Positions 59,625 through 64,000 of a stretch of 64,000 nt of DNA are shown here, one piece after another. The number at the start of each line of letters is the position of its first letter. Position 1 is the stretch's first letter. The position numbers and the translations under genes were made by a program. The stretch spans positions 160,656 to 224,655 of the forward strand of contig JBHLJY010000005.1 in the NCBI GenBank assembly GCA_048887225.1, written 5' to 3'. The stretch comes from Candidatus Hodarchaeota archaeon (GTDB lineage Archaea; Asgardarchaeota; Lokiarchaeia; Sigyniarchaeales; SOKP01). Below the pieces are notes generated by a model. The model saw only the letters and a program-made list of their open reading frames with translations, was not told the origin of the DNA and searched no databases.

Positions 59625-60344
59625 TTAATTTTGATGTCCAGTTCTTCTTGCAGCAATTTGCCCAACTTTGCGACCTGGAGGTGCATCACGTTTTGTTGTC
59701 GTTGGCTTATGCGGAGATTGTTTAGCCCCTCCTCCATATGGATGAGAAACAGCATTCATAGCAACACCTCTTACAACGGGCCATTTTTTCGCTTTTGATT
59801 TTTTATAGTGAAATTTATTTCCAGCTTTAACGAATGGTTTATCAGTTCTGCCACCACCAGCCACGACTCCTATTGTACAAAGACAATTCTCGTTAAACCA
59901 TTTCCTTTTTTTAGATCGAAATAATACTTCTATCTTATTAGCCTCTCTATTTCTAACAATAGCTCCGACCCCTGAGGCTCGAGCAAATTTACCGCCATCC
60001 TGAGGCGTGCCTTCGATGTTGAAAACAAGCGTACCTAAAGGAATTTCTTTAAGTGGTAAAACGTTTCCAACTTCAACTGGTTGTCCAGCTTTAGCTTGAA
60101 TGAACTCATCTCCCTCAAAAATGCCTTCGGGAGGAAGCCATAATCCTTTTTCACCGTCATTGTATTTGATTTTTGCCACAGGTGCGCCTCTTCCAGGAGA
60201 GTGGATTAATTCAATTACTTTAAATTTAAATAGATTTTCTTCTACAAAAGGGCGATATTTCACAGCTCCTATATGTCGATGACTTGGGGATCGCCAGGCC
60301 AAGGTTCCTCTACCTTTTCTTTGAGCCAGTATTCGCTTACCCAT
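59625..60344 (-). CDS. rpl2: 50S ribosomal protein L2 (uL2)
   Basis: MGKRILAQRKGRG, H.PGRGAP, WPVVRGVAMNAVSHPYGGG. Confidence 0.97.
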   Translation of the reverse strand: MGKRILAQRKGRGTLAWRSPSHRHIGAVKYRPFVEENLFKFKVIELIHSPGRGAPVAKIKYNDGEKGLWLPPEGIFEGDEFIQAKAGQPVEVGNVLPLKEIPLGTLVFNIEGTPQDGGKFARASGVGAIVRNREANKIEVLFRSKKRKWFNENCLCTIGVVAGGGRTDKPFVKAGNKFHYKKSKAKKWPVVRGVAMNAVSHPYGGGAKQSPHKPTTTKRDAPPGRKVGQIAARRTGHQN

Positions 60345-60444
60345 GTAATTCACGAAGTTAGAACTTTTCCTCTGTTTTATTAAATTAACAAAACTTTAAA
60401 TTTTTTATTATTTCAGTCGAGTTTCTAATAACTTTAAAAATAAA

Positions 60445-61803
60445 TTAGAGCTTTTTATCTTTTAGCAATTGATCAATATTATAATTAAACGCAATTGGAA
60501 TTTCTCTATCTATAAACTCACCTGCGATATTTTCCAATAGCAATTTCTTAATCTCACTCGGATCGCTTGTTTGTCCTAATACCCATCCGAGTTTTACATA
60601 TCCCGTCTCAGGCAATAAATTTCGTCCTGGAACGACGCCCATATTAAGCAGTTCACGACCAGTTGAATATACATTCATACCCGTGAAACCATGTAGCGTT
60701 TGTACAGTCATTAATATGGTTATTCCCTCTTGAATTGCCCTTTCAATGGAATTGTATACTTCAGTACTAACGTGCCCTAATCCCGTACCTGCTATCACAA
60801 TACCTTTGTAGCCTTTATCAATATAAATTTCAATAATCTCGTTATTCATCCCAGGATATGAATAAATAAGAGCTGTTTTTTTCTCGAAATTAGTTAGTGC
60901 TTTAGTTTCTGATTTGCTTCTCTTTCTGTAATCTTGTCTAAAAATTTTGATTTTTCTTTCTCGAATAATACCTAGAGGTATGTCATCTATTGTTCTAAAC
61001 GTGTTTCTAAAAGAGGAATGCATTTTTCTTACGAGTGTACCTCTATGAATCAATCCGTAATCATGCGCAGAAGACCCTAACATGCATACTACAACTTCAG
61101 CAATTTCTGAAGTTGCGACAGTAGTGGCATTTATTAAATTCAATGCCGCATCTGAGGAGGGTCTATCAGAACTTCTTTGACTTCCTACTAAAACAACTGG
61201 TATGGATAAATCTTTTAACATGAAAGATAACGCAGCTGCGGTGAATCCCATTGTATCAGTTCCATGACCAATAACAACACCGTCTTTACCAGAATTAACT
61301 GCTTTTTCGATTTTTTTTGCTAATTGCTGCCAATAATCTGGTTTCATATTTTCAGAAAGGATTTCAAATACAATTTCGGTTTCAAGATTGCAGATTTCAG
61401 CTAATTCTGGAACGGCACTAAACAATTCTCCAGGTGTAAATGAAGGAATTACGGCTCCAGTCGTATAATCTAATCGAGACGCGACGGTACCTCCAGTTCC
61501 CAGTAGGAAAATATTTGGCAAATTATTATTTTTAGGAAAATTCTTTTCTGGAATTTTATAATGAGCTTTTTCTTTACCGATTTTTTTTATTTCTTTAATA
61601 TCTGAAGCATTAATTCCAATGTTATAGTTATTTTCTAATTTTATTTCTATGTAATCAGGTGCAGAATATTCGTTTCTAGGTAATACTATTCCTTCATAAG
61701 CTCCTTTATCGGTTTTTATTTCAATAATGTCCCAGATATCAATTTGATTTTTCTCTAAAAGTTCTTTTCCTTTACCTTTGTATCCTTTTAAATTTTCTGC
61801 CAT
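60445..61803 (-). CDS. gatD: Glu-tRNA(Gln) amidotransferase subunit D
   Basis: TGGTVASRLDY.TGAV, HGTDTM, GSQRSSDRPSSD; adjacent to gatE. Confidence 0.96.
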   Translation of the reverse strand: MAENLKGYKGKGKELLEKNQIDIWDIIEIKTDKGAYEGIVLPRNEYSAPDYIEIKLENNYNIGINASDIKEIKKIGKEKAHYKIPEKNFPKNNNLPNIFLLGTGGTVASRLDYTTGAVIPSFTPGELFSAVPELAEICNLETEIVFEILSENMKPDYWQQLAKKIEKAVNSGKDGVVIGHGTDTMGFTAAALSFMLKDLSIPVVLVGSQRSSDRPSSDAALNLINATTVATSEIAEVVVCMLGSSAHDYGLIHRGTLVRKMHSSFRNTFRTIDDIPLGIIRERKIKIFRQDYRKRSKSETKALTNFEKKTALIYSYPGMNNEIIEIYIDKGYKGIVIAGTGLGHVSTEVYNSIERAIQEGITILMTVQTLHGFTGMNVYSTGRELLNMGVVPGRNLLPETGYVKLGWVLGQTSDPSEIKKLLLENIAGEFIDREIPIAFNYNIDQLLKDKKL

Positions 61804-63723
61804 TTATTTCAGCTCCTTTAATTTTGTTTGTAGAGCATTTTTTAATTCTTCAGATGCGACTGCACCATCTATTTTTCCTCTAACTTTTTTCATAACTTCT
61901 CCCATTAAAGGCCCCATTGCTCTCATTTTTCTTTTTTTAATAATGTTTAAGTTGTTATTAATAATTTTATTTATGATTTTTTTAAGATCTTCAACAGAAA
62001 TGCTTTCAATTTTTAACTTCTTTTTTATTCTTTCTATTGAAATTTCTGGTGAATCTGCCTTAAAGCTCATCATCTCTTCAATAGCTTCTTTTCCAATTTC
62101 TTTCTTTTTCAAGAGCGTAAAAATATCTTTATAATCCGTTTCAGAGATATTTTCAACATTTTTTCCATCTCTTCTAAGGGCAGTTCTAGTTTCTAATAAT
62201 GTCGTAATTATTAAAATTGGGTTTTCTGGATAAATTTTAACTAAATCGTTAAATATTGTTAAATTGCCAGTAAATATTAGTTCCTTAATCAATCTTTCTT
62301 CAATTTTATACTTTTTAGAATAATTCTTTATAATATCCCATGGATATTCTGGAAGCTTTTTATTTATAACTTTAATTTCCTCGTCAAAATTTATTATTGC
62401 TTGAGAATCCGTGTCCGGATATAATCTAGCGCCACCATGTAATTCTCTTAAAAATTCAGTATTTCCGTTTTCAAGAGCCCTTCTGGTTTCGGGGGGTATT
62501 CCTTTAAATGCGTATTTTACTCTATCGATAATGATTTTCATTGAGCTATCAACTTCTTTTATAGAACCTAAAACCAATACAAAACAATCATCATCTTTCG
62601 ACTTCAATTGATCTTTAATTTTTTTAATTTCTTCGTTAGAAAATTTGTATTTACTTAAATCTTCATCAGAGTGAATTATTCCTCCTAAACCAGAAATTAA
62701 TTTTACTTTACTACTCACTTCAGTACCGAACCTATAATCCTCCATTAATTCTTTTCCAAATATATCTTTGAATCCTTTAAAATTGATTCCGTATAATTTT
62801 TTTCCTGCTTTTATTCCTTTTGTAATAAAATTAGCTTTAGTTTTTGCCATTATTTTTGACAAATCAACGAGCGTACTAGAAAGATCCTGCTCCCTTAAAT
62901 CTCTTCTTTGCAATTCCTCTTTAATTTCAAGAAGATGAAGTTGTCTTGAAACTTCATGATTAATTAAAATGGGGATCCAATCTAATTTTTGGACGCCTTT
63001 AATTTCAATTCTCGAACCTTCTTTAATACTTACATTAATGTCTTGTCGAATCGAACCGAGAATTTTTTTAACTTTTGTAGACCATAATAATAAGCCTAAT
63101 CTTTCAGCACACTCTCTACATTCCACTGGATCGTTAATATCTGGCTTAGTTGTAATTTCCACTAATGGAATTCCTAATCGATCTAATCTAAAATAATTTG
63201 TTTTTTTTTCTGTTTTTATTTTTCTAGCAGCATCTTCTTCTAAACATATTATATCAATCCCAATTTTTTTCCCGTTCTCTAATTCAACAAATCCATCTTT
63301 TGCCAAAATCATTGTTCTTTGAAAGCCGCAAGGTACACTTCCATCAAGGTAATTTTTTCTGCACACATGCATTTCTTCGATAATATTTGAATTGAGAAGC
63401 AATGCTATTTCTAGAGCAATTCTTCTAGCTTGATCATTACACGCAAAAGGAGGAGTTTCATCTAATTCATAAGTACATATTACATCATTATAGCCTTCAT
63501 ATATAATACTCATACCTTTTTCGTATTCTGTCAGCATAGCTTCATCGTAAGTTCCCATTTCTCCCAAAACAGGTCTCATAAATCTCTTTATTGTAAAATC
63601 AGGCTCTCGAGTTCCTTGTAATTTAGCTGGACACCTACAAAATAATTTTGTTTTTGAATCTAATTGTTGATGAATTTCAAGTCCACATATAAGACCGAGT
63701 TTTTCATAATCAAATTCTTCCAT
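61804..63723 (-). CDS. gatE: Glu-tRNA(Gln) amidotransferase subunit E
   Basis: GLEIHQQL...KLFC, GFQRT, LEEDAAR, LDRLGIPLVEI, IRQDINVSI, GARLYP. Confidence 0.96.
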   Translation of the reverse strand: MEEFDYEKLGLICGLEIHQQLDSKTKLFCRCPAKLQGTREPDFTIKRFMRPVLGEMGTYDEAMLTEYEKGMSIIYEGYNDVICTYELDETPPFACNDQARRIALEIALLLNSNIIEEMHVCRKNYLDGSVPCGFQRTMILAKDGFVELENGKKIGIDIICLEEDAARKIKTEKKTNYFRLDRLGIPLVEITTKPDINDPVECRECAERLGLLLWSTKVKKILGSIRQDINVSIKEGSRIEIKGVQKLDWIPILINHEVSRQLHLLEIKEELQRRDLREQDLSSTLVDLSKIMAKTKANFITKGIKAGKKLYGINFKGFKDIFGKELMEDYRFGTEVSSKVKLISGLGGIIHSDEDLSKYKFSNEEIKKIKDQLKSKDDDCFVLVLGSIKEVDSSMKIIIDRVKYAFKGIPPETRRALENGNTEFLRELHGGARLYPDTDSQAIINFDEEIKVINKKLPEYPWDIIKNYSKKYKIEERLIKELIFTGNLTIFNDLVKIYPENPILIITTLLETRTALRRDGKNVENISETDYKDIFTLLKKKEIGKEAIEEMMSFKADSPEISIERIKKKLKIESISVEDLKKIINKIINNNLNIIKKRKMRAMGPLMGEVMKKVRGKIDGAVASEELKNALQTKLKELK

Positions 63724-63760
63724 ATTTAATCACTATTCTCATTTTAATTTATTATTTATT

Positions 63761-64000
63761 TTATAAAATTTTAGAAACATAAGGTCCGTCTAATTTATAC
63801 CCCAATTCATAAAACCAATCTCTTGCTCCAATACCAGAAATTACAGCTAATTTTTTAGCATCAAAATCTTCTGCGGATATTTTTTCAGCGTTATTCATTA
63901 ACATTTTTCCATAACCACGATGTTGAATTTGAGTAAATCTATTTGGTTTCAAATCTTTAGGAACTAATTCTCCCACAACTTTAATTTCTCTCAAAATTAA
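63761..64000 (-). CDS. elp3: Elp3 (radical SAM/GNAT tRNA modification enzyme), C-terminal part; 5' end outside window
   Basis: REIKVVG...QHRGYGK.L...AE......VISGIGAR.WFYELGY.LDGPYVSK. Confidence 0.9.
   Translation of the reverse strand, partial: LILREIKVVGELVPKDLKPNRFTQIQHRGYGKMLMNNAEKISAEDFDAKKLAVISGIGARDWFYELGYKLDGPYVSKIL

Noticed and set aside
387-63196. Many short ORFs antisense to or nested in recognised genes (e.g. 2997-3242, 23386-23730, 41776-42084, 57509-57952, 61778-62134)
   Set aside because: Shadow ORFs of well-supported CDSs without recognisable motifs
1-64000. Mobile elements, rRNA, SRP/RNase P RNA, selenoprotein UGA recoding
   Set aside because: No transposase/integrase, no long structured RNA other than tRNAs, and no in-frame TGA at a conserved Cys position was seen

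Overview
AT-rich (roughly 30% GC by eye) archaeal chromosomal segment, most consistent with an Asgard archaeon of the Lokiarchaeia/Promethearchaeia type (inference from archaeal informational genes, a Roadblock/LC7 protein and a profilin-like protein). It is mostly housekeeping: SRP54, aIF5A, FEN1, CDC48, DinB, TFB, uL2, GatDE, Elp3, the proteasome-alpha/SBDS/exosome/eL43/Pcc1/prefoldin superoperon, a 4-subunit 2-oxoacid:ferredoxin oxidoreductase operon, a sugar-catabolism cluster and four tRNAs. Main discovery: a glycerol-kinase-like FGGY kinase gene (29677-31245, minus strand) is split inside its conserved TNQ|RET motif by a 33-nt insertion. The insertion carries two in-frame stops and folds into a bulge-helix-bulge (BHB) motif whose canonical cleavage sites restore the ORF exactly, so it is a candidate tRNA-endonuclease-spliced mRNA intron. 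A tRNA-Lys(CUU) in the same window has a BHB intron at the non-canonical 59/60 position. Secondary signals: several genes appear to start at near-cognate codons (ACG, ACG, ATC, possibly ATT) placed 5-6 nt after a GGTGA-type Shine-Dalgarno; tandem RHH-HisKA-REC regulators lack an ATPase domain; a degenerate DapA barrel is fused to an APH-like kinase; and a JAMM protein has a variant active site. All calls are by visual motif recognition; no searches were run.
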